Source: Promethearchaeota archaeon (GTDB lineage Archaea > Asgardarchaeota > Lokiarchaeia > Sigyniarchaeales > SOKP01). Taken from it: a DNA stretch of 50,837 nt. The stretch is from contig JBHLLT010000008.1 in assembly GCA_048938855.1 (NCBI GenBank), positions 61,971 through 112,807 of the forward strand. Direction: 5' to 3'. Below the pieces are notes generated by a model. It was not told the DNA's origin and did not search any database. It was given only the letters and a program-made list of their open reading frames with translations. Numbering within the stretch: position 1 is the stretch's first letter; each line of letters starts with the position of its first letter. The position numbers were made by a program, and so were the translations under genes. Below, in pieces: positions 40,974-50,837 of the stretch.

Positions 40974-41073
40974 TATGTCTTTTTTTTTAAAATTAGATGA
41001 CAAAATTGCACTTAATTTTTTATTTTTAATTAAATGTTTTCCACTTAATACAAACCTGTAAAATTGGCAAAGA

Positions 41074-41913
41074 ATGGAAGATTTTTTAAATTGTTTAAAT
41101 TGTGGTAAAACGTTAGGAGATAAAGAGAGAAATCATTCTAATTTTTGTGCGGAATGTATCTTAAAATTAGACTTTCGTTTAGAAGAGTTAAACCGTGAAG
41201 AGATTGATCAAAACTTACAGAAAATTTTGAATTTCTTTGTATCTGATGTTAGTGCTGCATTTAATAAGGATCCAGCTGCACAATCACTACTGGAAGTTTT
41301 AACAAGTTATCCAGGAATTAAAGCAATTTTGTTACATCGTATTGCTCATTTTTTCTGGAAAATTAAGATGCCCTTTGTGCCAAGATATCTTTCAGAAGTT
41401 ACCCGAGAACTTACTGGAATAGAAATTCATCCTGGTGCTGAAATTGGAAGAGATTTTTTTATTGATCATGGAGGGGGTGTGGTTATTGGAGAAACAGCAA
41501 AGATCGGTGATAATGTTACTATTTATCAAGGCGTTGTTTTAGGAGGAACTATGATAGATCCTGTAAAAAGACATCCAACATTGGGTAATAATATCGTTGT
41601 TGGTACTGGTGCTAAGTTATTAGGTCCTATTAATATTGGCGATAATGTAAGAATCGGAGCTAATTCTGTAGTTGTCCAAGATATTCCACCTAATTCAGTT
41701 GTAGTTGGTGTTCCGGGAAAAATTGTATCTCGGGATGGAAAAAAAATTATGAAAGTAGATCTATCACATGGAGATTTACCTGATCCCGTGACAATAACGA
41801 TTTCTTCAATAAACCAAAGAATTGAATTTCTTGAAAAGCAATTAAACATCAAGTTTGATACTAAAAAAAATGGTATTGAAATATATTATGGTTTGCAGGG
41901 AGGAGGTATCTAG
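41074..41913 (+). CDS. cysE: Serine O-acetyltransferase with N-terminal CxxC..CxxC
   Basis: DPAA, YPG, HRIAH, TGIEIHPGA, FIDHG.GVVIGET, KRHPTLG; ends GGGI. Confidence 0.95.
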   Translation: MEDFLNCLNCGKTLGDKERNHSNFCAECILKLDFRLEELNREEIDQNLQKILNFFVSDVSAAFNKDPAAQSLLEVLTSYPGIKAILLHRIAHFFWKIKMPFVPRYLSEVTRELTGIEIHPGAEIGRDFFIDHGGGVVIGETAKIGDNVTIYQGVVLGGTMIDPVKRHPTLGNNIVVGTGAKLLGPINIGDNVRIGANSVVVQDIPPNSVVVGVPGKIVSRDGKKIMKVDLSHGDLPDPVTITISSINQRIEFLEKQLNIKFDTKKNGIEIYYGLQGGGI

Positions 41914-41926
41914 GAGGTAGATAATT

Positions 41927-42856
41927 TTGGGAAGAATTTATAATAATATTATCGAAACAATTGGAAATACCCCTTTAGTAAGACTAAATAAAATTACTGA
42001 AGGAATAACTCCAAATATTTTTGTAAAAATTGAAGCTTTCAATCCTGGAGCAAGTGTTAAAGACCGAATTTGTGTGTCTATGATTAATGCTGCTGAAGAA
42101 GCTAATATTATTGATAAAAACACAACAATTGTTGAACCTACATCAGGAAATACAGGTATAGGTTTAGCATTAGTTTGTGCTGCAAAAGGATATAAATTGA
42201 TCCTTACAATGCCAGATAGTATGTCAATAGAGAGACGAAAAATATTGAAAGCCTTTGGAGCTAAATTAATTTTAACCCCTGCTGATAAAGGAATGAAAGG
42301 AGCAATTGAGAAAGCTGAAGAATTAGCTAAACATTCTGATAAAGTTTTCATTCCTCAACAATTCAAAAATAAAGCAAACCCAGAAATTCATCGCAAAACT
42401 ACAGCAGAAGAGATAATAAGTGATTTAGATGGGAAAATAGAAGGCTTTGTAGCTGGAATTGGTACTGGAGGGACTATTACTGGTGTTGGAGAAGTTCTTA
42501 GACAGAAAATAGGTCAACATGTGAAAATTTATGGTGTAGAACCAGTTGATTCTCCCGTTTTATCTGGTGGAAACCCAGGTCCACATAAAATACAAGGTAT
42601 AGGAGCTGGATTTGTTCCAGAAGTGTTAAACACAGAAATTTATAATGAAATTATTCAAGTTAAATATGAAGATGCGGTAGAAACTGCCAGAAAATTAACT
42701 AAACTTGAAGGAATATTTGTAGGTATTTCTGCGGGAGCAGCAGCATGGGCAGGTATCTATAAAGTATCAAAACATTTTAAAGAGAGAGAAAATATCGTTA
42801 TTTTATTACCTGATACAGGAGAACGCTACTTATCAACAGACCTGTTTCAAGATTAA
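41927..42856 (+). CDS. cysK: Cysteine synthase A
   Basis: IGNTPLV, NPGASVKDR, EPTSGNTG, GTGGT, PHKIQGIG, PDTGERYLS. Confidence 0.96.
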   Translation: MGRIYNNIIETIGNTPLVRLNKITEGITPNIFVKIEAFNPGASVKDRICVSMINAAEEANIIDKNTTIVEPTSGNTGIGLALVCAAKGYKLILTMPDSMSIERRKILKAFGAKLILTPADKGMKGAIEKAEELAKHSDKVFIPQQFKNKANPEIHRKTTAEEIISDLDGKIEGFVAGIGTGGTITGVGEVLRQKIGQHVKIYGVEPVDSPVLSGGNPGPHKIQGIGAGFVPEVLNTEIYNEIIQVKYEDAVETARKLTKLEGIFVGISAGAAAWAGIYKVSKHFKERENIVILLPDTGERYLSTDLFQD

Positions 42857-42898
42857 ATTTATTTAATTAACTTGTAACAATTCAAACCGATTTCGTCA

Positions 42899-43168
42899 TT
42901 AAAGCTTTCTCAAAACTAATTCATAAATTTTAGCTGTTTTATCTTTTTCTTTAACATCTATTAATTCTGCTAAGCTTTGTCGTTTACAATTTTCCGGAAT
43001 ATTCTTTATAGCAGGAAGAAAATCTAATTCAACTTCCAAAATATCACCCTTATTTAACTCTTCAAGCGCTAACTTAGTATAGACAAAAGTCATAGGACAC
43101 ATATAACCTTTTATATCTATTTTCTTTTTGGAGTGATTGTTAATATAGGCTGAATTTTCTATTGACAT
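42899..43168 (-). CDS. tusA: TusA/SirA-family sulfur transferase
   Basis: IDIKGYMCPMTF..KLAL..L..GDILEV. Confidence 0.85.
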   Translation of the reverse strand: MSIENSAYINNHSKKKIDIKGYMCPMTFVYTKLALEELNKGDILEVELDFLPAIKNIPENCKRQSLAELIDVKEKDKTAKIYELVLRKL

Positions 43169-43965
43169 AGCTCCTCAAACCTATAATTATAATTTTTTAC
43201 TAAATCAATAGCATTTTCACCACATGCTACACAGTTTTGATCTCTATAAATATCAATAAAATTAAATGAATTATGTAAAAGATCTATATACATAATCTTA
43301 TTAATAATTAAATCACCCACCTTCAAAATACATTTTATTGCTTCATTTGCTTCCATGCAACCAAGAATCCCTGGAATTAAACCTATGACCCCTGCTTGAG
43401 AACAAGACATTCCTGAAGGAGAATCGTTAACATCGCCAAAAACACATCGATAACAAGCTGTTTTCTCCGTAGGAACTACAGTCATTATCTGACCATGAAA
43501 TCTTAAAACTCCTGCTATTGTAAATGGTATTTTCAAACTAATACAAGCATCGTTTACTAACATTTTGGTGGGGAAATTGTCAGAACCTTCTATTACAAAA
43601 TCTGAGTTTCTTAGAACTTCTTTTACATTATCAGGTGTTAACCTTTCTGTAATACTTTCAATCTTACAATCTGGATTTAACATTTGGAGTTTTTCGAAAG
43701 CACTTTCTGTTTTCTTTCTATTAATATCATTTGTGAAATGTAGGATCTGTCTGTGTAAATTGGATATTTCTACTGAATCATAATCTATTATCTTTAAATT
43801 GCCGATTCCTGCAGCTGCTAGGTAATAGGCAGCCGGTGATCCAAGAGCTCCTAAACCAATTAAAGATATGGTCGAATTCAATAATTTCTTTTGACCTATA
43901 CCTCCAATCTCTTTAAGTACAATTTGACGGGAATATCTGTTTATTTGTTCTTCAGTAAATTTCAT
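43159..43965 (-). CDS. MoeB/ThiF/UbaA E1-like activating enzyme
   Basis: RYSRQI, GLGALG, DYDSVEISNLHRQ, SDNF, CYRC, SCSQAG, CVACG. Confidence 0.93.
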   Translation of the reverse strand: MKFTEEQINRYSRQIVLKEIGGIGQKKLLNSTISLIGLGALGSPAAYYLAAAGIGNLKIIDYDSVEISNLHRQILHFTNDINRKKTESAFEKLQMLNPDCKIESITERLTPDNVKEVLRNSDFVIEGSDNFPTKMLVNDACISLKIPFTIAGVLRFHGQIMTVVPTEKTACYRCVFGDVNDSPSGMSCSQAGVIGLIPGILGCMEANEAIKCILKVGDLIINKIMYIDLLHNSFNFIDIYRDQNCVACGENAIDLVKNYNYRFEELCQ

Positions 43966-44176
43966 TTTCTACTGTTCTTATCATAATGTCTAAAATATTA
44001 AAATTTACTACTTATATAAAATAAAATGCAATTTTTGCATTTAGCTTCCTAAACTGTGGTATTTGTTCTAATTAAATTTATAAATATTTTTTCAAGTTTC
44101 TAAGAAGAAAAAAGAATTTTAAAGCTAGCTATCTAAATTTTAACTAATTAAGTCAAAATTTCATGAGTTGATCTTA

Positions 44177-44914
44177 ATGGAAAAAGAATATCGATATATA
44201 AAAATTGAAAAAAAAGGGAAAATCGCGTTAATAACATTAAATCGTCCAGAAAAAAAAAATGCTCTAAGTGAAGCTATGAGAACAGAAATTATTGAAACGC
44301 TAAATTCACTTAAGGAAGAAAAAAGAGTTAAAGCTGTAATTTTCTATGGAGGAGAAGAGATTTTTTCTGCTGGATTTGATAGAGATGAAGTACAAGCAGT
44401 TGTACAAGGAAAAGGAGATTATCAGCAATTTATCGATTCCAATCACCTCTTTCATCAAACGATTTTTGAATATCCTAAATTATTAATTGCTGCTATCAAT
44501 GGATATGCCTTAGCAGGTGCATTTGACCTCGCTGTCATATGCCATCTTCGAATTGCTTCAAAAGGCTCTCTTTTTGGACACCCTGAGATAAGGTTTGGAG
44601 CGTGTCCTCTATTTTTTCCCTATATGACTCTCGTAGGACGAGGGAAAGCATTAGAACTAACACTAAATACGGGAACTCAAGAAACATTTCTTACTGCTGA
44701 GGAATTATATCGTTTGAATATAGTTAATAAAATAGTTGAGAAAGGAGAAGTATTGCATGAGGCATTTAACATGGCAAAACAAATCACGCAATCACCTGAA
44801 TATGTTATAAAACAACTAATTCAAGTAAACAATATCTTTTTTGATCAGGTTAATACTTTTGATACTGAAATCGAAACAATCCTTAAGAGTATGAAAACAT
44901 TATTAGGGATTTAG
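44177..44914 (+). CDS. Enoyl-CoA hydratase/isomerase family protein
   Basis: ITLNRPEKKNAL, FSAGFD, IAAINGYALAG, FGHPEIRFG. Confidence 0.92.
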   Translation: MEKEYRYIKIEKKGKIALITLNRPEKKNALSEAMRTEIIETLNSLKEEKRVKAVIFYGGEEIFSAGFDRDEVQAVVQGKGDYQQFIDSNHLFHQTIFEYPKLLIAAINGYALAGAFDLAVICHLRIASKGSLFGHPEIRFGACPLFFPYMTLVGRGKALELTLNTGTQETFLTAEELYRLNIVNKIVEKGEVLHEAFNMAKQITQSPEYVIKQLIQVNNIFFDQVNTFDTEIETILKSMKTLLGI

Positions 44915-45012
44915 AATCCTTTTTTAGCTTTTTATTGTTAAATTAACAAAAAGTATTTTTTTTTTCTTTAATAAATGATATCAAAGGAAAAATATTAAGG
45001 GATGATTGTTTT

Positions 45013-45996
45013 ATCAAAGCTGCTGTTATTGAAGATATTAAAAAAATAGTATATAGAGAAGATTATCCTAAACCTACTCCTGGATCTGATGAGGCATTAG
45101 TCAAAGTTCATTATTGTGGAATTTGTGGAAGTGATATAACAAATTTCAAATATAAAATGTATAATTTTCCATTAATTATGGGGCATGAAATTACAGGTGT
45201 TGTCGAGGAAATAGGAGATAATATATCACATGTTAAGGTGGGCGACCGTGTTATTTGCGTGAACGTATCACTTGACGTAAGTCAAGGCCAATTAAGAGGG
45301 ATGGGAATGTTTCAGAATGGGGGTTTTGCTGAATATGTTATCGTCCCTAAAATCTCACTCTTTCCTATACCTAAAAATGTTTCAATACAAGATGCTGTAA
45401 TGGTTGAAACATTTGCCTTGATGATGAGAGCATTTAAACTCTCAAAAATAGAAAAGGGAGAGAAAATACTAATAATAGGAGGAGGAAATGTCGGATTAAC
45501 TGCTCTTAAAGCCGTATTAATTGAAAAAAATCCTGAATATGTTGTAGTAATTGAACCAAATGAATTTTTAAGAAAAAAAGCTATAACCATGGGAGCAACT
45601 GAAGCGGTTGGTACAAGCAGAGCAAAAGTAAAAAGGATTACTAAAAAATTAGGAGATCCTACATTTATTTTTGATTGTGTTGGGAATGAGGAGACAATAT
45701 CTAATGCCATTAATTTCATTAAAAAAGGTGGAACAATCTTGTTAGAAGGAATTCATAAAGGGAGTATAACATTTCCTTTATTTATGTTAAATTCTAAAGA
45801 AGTCACCTTGAAAGGATGTTTAGGTCATGACGAAGATGATATTGTTGCAGCTATAGATTTATTTGCAAAGGGAAAGGTGGATGCAAATGAATTTATCTCT
45901 GATATAATTAAGTTAGAAGATATGCAAAAAACTTTTGAAAGATTCGTAGAATCTGAAGATCGGGATTTTATTAAAATTATTGTCGAGCCAAAATGA
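45013..45996 (+). CDS. Zn-dependent alcohol dehydrogenase (MDR family), probable ATC start
   Basis: In-frame upstream of the track start (45157) lies IKAAVIED..P.P...EALVKVHYCGICGSD, followed by GHE and GGGNVG. The structural-Zn Cys cluster is absent. Confidence 0.88.
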   Translation: MKAAVIEDIKKIVYREDYPKPTPGSDEALVKVHYCGICGSDITNFKYKMYNFPLIMGHEITGVVEEIGDNISHVKVGDRVICVNVSLDVSQGQLRGMGMFQNGGFAEYVIVPKISLFPIPKNVSIQDAVMVETFALMMRAFKLSKIEKGEKILIIGGGNVGLTALKAVLIEKNPEYVVVIEPNEFLRKKAITMGATEAVGTSRAKVKRITKKLGDPTFIFDCVGNEETISNAINFIKKGGTILLEGIHKGSITFPLFMLNSKEVTLKGCLGHDEDDIVAAIDLFAKGKVDANEFISDIIKLEDMQKTFERFVESEDRDFIKIIVEPK

Positions 45997-47294
45997 GTAA
46001 AAAGCCAAATATAATTTTATTTATAACGCATGACCAAGGACAGTTTCTTGGCTGCTATAATTCACCACAAACTCCCAATTCACTCAATACTCCAAATATA
46101 GACAAGTTTGCTGAAAATGGAGTTAGGTTTACAAATTATTTTTGTACAGCACCTCAATGTAGTCCAAGTCGAGGTGGAATTCAAACCTCTTTATATCCTC
46201 ATCAGAATGGGCTTATGGGACTTGTAGATAGAGGTTGGACTTTACCTGAAAGAAATAAGACTCTTCCGATGTATTTAAAAGAACATGGATATACAACTCA
46301 TTTAATTGGGTTTCAACATGAAGCTTTTGATGCATATACTTTAGGATATGATACAATTAGTAAACGACGGTCAGAAATATTATACACCTGTAAAAAATTG
46401 AAGAAGAATTATGAGAGTTTTTTCGAAACACATCAAGATGATGATAAACCATTTTATCTATGCATTGGAGACATTAATACGCATAGACCTTTTGGCATCG
46501 GGGGAGATCCTGTGGATCTAAATGAGGTAATAATCCCACCATATTTACCAGATAATGTGTTAGTAAGGAAAGATTTAGCTCAGTTTTATGGATCTATTCA
46601 AGGAGTTGATAACTGCATTGGAAATATACTTAAAAAATTAGAAGATCTAGGTTTAAGGAAAAATACTTTATTTATTTATACAACGGACCATGGAGAAGCG
46701 TATCCTAGGGCAAAATGCACACTCTATGATCCTGGGTTAAAAACACTTTTACTAATGTCTTGGCCAAGCTCAAATATATTCCAAATGAATAAGGTATATA
46801 ATCAACTGATAAGTAATATTGATTTATTACCAACGTTATTGGACATAATCGGAGCAGATGTACCAGAAAATATCGAAGGAAGAAGTTTTCTTCCATTATT
46901 AAAGGGCGAGATTGATCAATTCAGAAAGGAGATCTTTTCAGAAAAAACTTTCCATGAATATTATGATCCCATTAGAAGTATTAGAACTGAAGAATTTAAG
47001 TTTATAATTAATTTTGAAAAATCAGAAAATTTGTATCAGATAGGAATGGATATACTACAAGATGAACTTGGTAGAAATATGTTAAACCTAATTAAAAAAC
47101 CACGCGCTAATGAAGAACTTTACGATCTTAAGAACGATCCTAATGAAACTTACAACTTAATTGATGATCCCAGTTATAAAAAGATTGTTAAAACGTTAAA
47201 AAATAGATTATATGAATGGATGAGGCGAACCAATGACCCTATTCTTAAGGGAAAAATTATGGACCTCCGGCAAAAACCTCCATTAAAGTTTTAA
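45993..47294 (+). CDS. Sulfatase (formylglycine-dependent)
   Basis: KPNII..HD, CSPSR (CxPxR), TTDHG, ELYDL..DP.E..NL. Confidence 0.93.
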   Translation: MSKKPNIILFITHDQGQFLGCYNSPQTPNSLNTPNIDKFAENGVRFTNYFCTAPQCSPSRGGIQTSLYPHQNGLMGLVDRGWTLPERNKTLPMYLKEHGYTTHLIGFQHEAFDAYTLGYDTISKRRSEILYTCKKLKKNYESFFETHQDDDKPFYLCIGDINTHRPFGIGGDPVDLNEVIIPPYLPDNVLVRKDLAQFYGSIQGVDNCIGNILKKLEDLGLRKNTLFIYTTDHGEAYPRAKCTLYDPGLKTLLLMSWPSSNIFQMNKVYNQLISNIDLLPTLLDIIGADVPENIEGRSFLPLLKGEIDQFRKEIFSEKTFHEYYDPIRSIRTEEFKFIINFEKSENLYQIGMDILQDELGRNMLNLIKKPRANEELYDLKNDPNETYNLIDDPSYKKIVKTLKNRLYEWMRRTNDPILKGKIMDLRQKPPLKF

Positions 47295-47426
47295 TTTAAC
47301 AATTTAATTTAGCTCATAGATAATTTGAATTGTGTAACATATTATATATAGATTAAAAAACAAGCAATAATTTCAGAAACTATTGCTTATATATATTATT
47401 TAGATTTAAAGTCCTTTAAAATCATT

Positions 47427-48389
47427 ATGTCATATGAAGGGATAAAGAACGCTTATAAAAGAATTAAATCTCATATTAATAAGACACCTGTAATGACTTC
47501 TAGCACACTTGATAGTATAACGAACGCCAAAATCTACTTTAAGTGTGAAAACTTTCAAAAAGTTGGTGCTTTTAAGTTCCGTGGAGCATTTAATGCTATA
47601 AGCTTACTTACAGATGAACAACGGAAACAAGGCGTTATAACACATTCAAGCGGAAATCATGCTCAAGCTTTAGCATTAGCAGCAACAAAATTAGGGATTC
47701 ATGCAACAATTGTAATGCCAAAAAGAGCGCCAAAGAATAAAATAAATGCAACAAAAGGATATGGTGCAGAAATTGAATTTTGCGATAATACTCTAGAGGC
47801 AAGAATTCGAAAAACAGAAGAAATCATTAAAAAAAGAAGAAGTATTTTAATCCATCCATTTGATAACGATAACATTATAAATGGACAGGGAACTGCTGCT
47901 TATGAATTGTTTGAAGAAATAGGCGAATTAGACATTATTATTGCTCCACTTGGAGGGGGTGGTTTATTAAGTGGAACCGCTATTGCTACTAAAGAATTAT
48001 TTCCGAACACACAAATTATTGGAGTTGAACCAGAATTGGCGGATGATGCTTTGAGGTCACTTGAAGCAGGCTACATAATTCCAAGTACTTATCCCGACAC
48101 TATTGCTGATGGATTGCGAACTTCTTTATGTGAAAGAACCTTTAATATCATCCAAAAATATGTCGATAATGTGGTTACTGTGTCTGAAATTGAAATAATA
48201 GAAGCAATGAGATTTCTTTGGGAACGTATGAAGATGATTGTAGAACCTTCTGGAGCAGTTCCTTTGGCCGCTCTTTTATCAAAAAAAATCTCAATAGAAA
48301 ATAAAAAGATCGGGGCGATTTTAAGTGGAGGGAACATCGACATTGAGCCCTTTTTTCAATTACTAAAAAAGAAGATAGATAGGTTATGA
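47427..48389 (+). CDS. PLP-dependent threonine/serine dehydratase / serine racemase family
   Basis: KCENFQKVGAFKFRGA, SSGNHA, HPFD, GQGT, GGGGL, TIADG, VEPSGA, SGGN. Confidence 0.93.
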   Translation: MSYEGIKNAYKRIKSHINKTPVMTSSTLDSITNAKIYFKCENFQKVGAFKFRGAFNAISLLTDEQRKQGVITHSSGNHAQALALAATKLGIHATIVMPKRAPKNKINATKGYGAEIEFCDNTLEARIRKTEEIIKKRRSILIHPFDNDNIINGQGTAAYELFEEIGELDIIIAPLGGGGLLSGTAIATKELFPNTQIIGVEPELADDALRSLEAGYIIPSTYPDTIADGLRTSLCERTFNIIQKYVDNVVTVSEIEIIEAMRFLWERMKMIVEPSGAVPLAALLSKKISIENKKIGAILSGGNIDIEPFFQLLKKKIDRL

Positions 48390-49660
48390 TAACTTCATTA
48401 GAAAAATTATTTAAAAACATAAAACTTTCTTGGATTGATTCATTTTCTGATATTGAAACTTCTAATGAGTTTACTGAACTGATATCAATATTTCCAAACT
48501 TAACGGAAATTTTTCAAGATGCTCGTGAGAAGAACAATGATGAATTTCGAAGAACAATAAGGCATATATTTAGATCATTTAAAATATTCTTTTTACTTAA
48601 AAATGGAGAATTCCTTCATGAAACCCTTTCACAAGAATCCATTTCTAAAATCAGAGAAAAAGTGCTGAATCAGCATCTCAAAAATCAAAAATTTATCCCT
48701 ATAATTCTAATGTATCATGATATTGGTAGATACATTGATAATAAAAAACACCCATCTCAAAGTTATAAACTTGTATCAAATATGGATCTATTAAATCCAT
48801 TTAAGCTCTCAGATACTGAGAAATTAATTATTGAGAAAATAATTCACTACCATTTACTAATAGCTACAATATATACTGGTGAATCTACTTTTTATGGGAT
48901 ATATTCGTTGTTTAAAGATTCTAAATTTATTAAACTACTCTCAAGTGAAAATAACATTAATATGTTCATCGATTTCTTAGAAGTTTTTACATTTATTGAC
49001 ATTCTTGGCTACTACTATACCAAAATTTATGACCATTACATTAAATATTATGAAGAAATCAGTTCAAAGCTGAAAGAAATTTTAAATTATTTTCCAGATA
49101 AGGAATTTGCTTTAAAGAAAGCTGAAGAATATTCACAGGATTGGTTGGAATGGAGACTAGCAGGAGCTCTTAGAATATTCCAATTTGTTGAAACTAAACC
49201 ACATTTAACAAAAGAATTTTATTACAATAAATTAATAGAAAGCGTAACTGATAGTAAAAACCAGCTACTCAGCAATCAAGATTGGAATTCTTTAAAAAAG
49301 AAGTATTTATCTCATTCATATAAAATCCAAATGAGGTATTCTTTAGCCCTATTAATGATCTTGGCATTTGGAAGCTTTCAACGTATGGGATTGAAAATTG
49401 ATACTGGAATTTCCCATAAATTAATTTTATTTTGGGTTCTACTTTCTAAAGAAGTGAAATCAAGATCTATAAAACATTCTAAATCTTTATGGAATATATA
49501 TTTAGACGGTGTACCTCATTGGTCGAAATTAAGTGAAAATTTTATTAACAAAATAACAGAAGATAAAATAAAATTTATAATTGAAACTGCAAATCAAGAA
49601 TTTGAGGATACTAAACAGGAATTTTCTCTCTTTTTAAATTTCTCTCAAATTACTGATTAA
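48386..49660 (+). CDS. Hypothetical protein with HD-like motifs
   Basis: TIRH..MYHDIG..HP..IHYH..FID ordering is compatible with an HD fold. Confidence 0.55.
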   Translation: MITSLEKLFKNIKLSWIDSFSDIETSNEFTELISIFPNLTEIFQDAREKNNDEFRRTIRHIFRSFKIFFLLKNGEFLHETLSQESISKIREKVLNQHLKNQKFIPIILMYHDIGRYIDNKKHPSQSYKLVSNMDLLNPFKLSDTEKLIIEKIIHYHLLIATIYTGESTFYGIYSLFKDSKFIKLLSSENNINMFIDFLEVFTFIDILGYYYTKIYDHYIKYYEEISSKLKEILNYFPDKEFALKKAEEYSQDWLEWRLAGALRIFQFVETKPHLTKEFYYNKLIESVTDSKNQLLSNQDWNSLKKKYLSHSYKIQMRYSLALLMILAFGSFQRMGLKIDTGISHKLILFWVLLSKEVKSRSIKHSKSLWNIYLDGVPHWSKLSENFINKITEDKIKFIIETANQEFEDTKQEFSLFLNFSQITD

Positions 49661-49680
49661 ATCCACCTCTTATTAATATC

Positions 49681-50613
49681 TCATCCAAAACCTAAAGCTA
49701 ATATCACAATCCAGACAAGAATGAATGAGATAATAATAGTTAAATTTGTTAAAGTGCCAGCGAATCTTTTTTCAGTATAGTTGAATTCAACAGCAAAAGG
49801 AATTATCGCTAATCCGATTGGTAAAATTAAAGCTATTGCTAAAATTCCTCTATATAGGAGATCAAAAGGTAGGGTGAAGAATAACAAAAGTCCTACCACC
49901 AATCCAAATGAATAACGAATTATCACTACCTTCAAAATATTTTTCCATTGTGTTCTTTCAAATTTAAAATTTAAGAATATCCCTAATAGTAGCAATGTAA
50001 GTGCCATATTTGCTCTAGACAAGACATCTAATAGATCAACAATAAAAAGTGGAAGAGTAACGTTAAAAAGATTTATACTTATAGCAATAAAATAACTCAT
50101 TAAAGGCGCTGATTTTAATAACTTTTTTAGAATAGTTTTTACTAATTCTTTTTTATCATGAAAATCATTTTTTGGAGAAAATATTAATCCTAAAATATAT
50201 ACAATAACAAAAACTACAACCGCATTCCCAATGTCAAACATAGCTATATATTTTAATCCCTCCTCGTTCCAAATCCCTTGAATTAATGGATACGCAAAAT
50301 GCCCCACATTAAATCCTATTACAGCCATAAATATTAACCCTTTTATTTCTCTGGGATACTTTTTAAAGAGGAAAAGTGTTAGTATAATAATAGGAATACA
50401 ATAAAGAATAGAAATTAAAGTAATTAATCCTAATGATGGAGTAATTTCAGTAGAGCTTACTACACTAATAATTAAGGCAGGTAATGTGACATTAAAAACT
50501 ACTTTTGCAATAGTTTCTCCATTCTTTTCTGAAATGATGTTAAGCTTTTTGAGAATGTACCCAATTATAATCATAGTTAGAGATAATAAAAAAATGTAAT
50601 TAACATCCGTCAT
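49681..50613 (-). CDS. AEC (auxin efflux carrier) family transporter
   Basis: VFNVTLPALI, NVGHFAYPL, LTLLLLG; about 10 TM segments. Confidence 0.88.
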   Translation of the reverse strand: MTDVNYIFLLSLTMIIIGYILKKLNIISEKNGETIAKVVFNVTLPALIISVVSSTEITPSLGLITLISILYCIPIIILTLFLFKKYPREIKGLIFMAVIGFNVGHFAYPLIQGIWNEEGLKYIAMFDIGNAVVVFVIVYILGLIFSPKNDFHDKKELVKTILKKLLKSAPLMSYFIAISINLFNVTLPLFIVDLLDVLSRANMALTLLLLGIFLNFKFERTQWKNILKVVIIRYSFGLVVGLLLFFTLPFDLLYRGILAIALILPIGLAIIPFAVEFNYTEKRFAGTLTNLTIIISFILVWIVILALGFG

Positions 50614-50769
50614 TATTCTCTAGAGGAACTATGAGTTTTATATAATAAAAATTAAAATAAAAAAAAGCTTTCTATTTAAACAATTTTACTTAAGAGTAAT
50701 TGTAAATAATTTGTTTATTAATAATATGTTGAGAAAGCTATATCTTAATTAAATTTCTTGATTAAATAA

Positions 50770-50837
50770 TTAAATTATTACGTTTTCTTCAAACAGTTTT
50801 TTGTTAATTTCTACTCCTAACCCGGGCTTTTCAAGCG
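50770..50837 (-). CDS. C-terminal fragment of a probable enolase-superfamily (MR/MLE) enzyme
   Basis: Reads LEKPGLGVEINKKLFEENVII*; PGLGVE is typical of the MR/MLE C-terminus. Gene continues beyond the window. Confidence 0.55.
   Translation of the reverse strand, partial: LEKPGLGVEINKKLFEENVII

Noticed and set aside
1029-48420. Other short ORFs nested in or antisense to long genes (e.g. 1029, 3885, 11467, 21516, 41938, 45312)
   Set aside because: They overlap well-supported genes and show no motifs.
30560-49683. Genome-wide reassignment of TGA (Trp/Gly codes)
   Set aside because: TGA is a normal stop at 30560-62, 45994-96, 48387-89 and 49681-83, and Trp is encoded by TGG.

Overview
AT-rich archaeal DNA, very probably Asgard (Lokiarchaeia-like), judged from its eukaryotic-signature proteins. 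1-20 kb holds three TPR proteins with a C-terminal longin-like domain (one fused to a Ser/Thr kinase), Rab-like, MglA-like and Rag-like GTPases, an arrestin-fold protein, HEAT and LRR proteins, and an FrhB-type protein with an Ig-like tail. 26.5-36.7 kb is a heterodisulfide reductase/F420 locus. Its first two genes are broken or absent in the ORF track because they are selenoprotein genes: HdrA (26540-28483, four in-frame TGA) and MvhD/VhuD (28488-28943, two in-frame TGA). All six TGAs align with Cys in all-Cys paralogs in the same locus. A eukaryote-like SECIS candidate follows, and its AUGA core contains the apparent MvhD stop codon. 39.6-44 kb is a sulfur-relay/cysteine synthesis cluster (ubiquitin-like carrier, CysE, CysK, TusA, MoeB-like E1). 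Other observations are a domain shared by the arrestin-like and FrhB-like proteins, probable ATC/ATT/ATA start codons and a missed small Zn-finger gene. I saw no rRNA, tRNA, CRISPR array or mobile element. All calls come from reading motifs by eye; no searches or folding programs were run.
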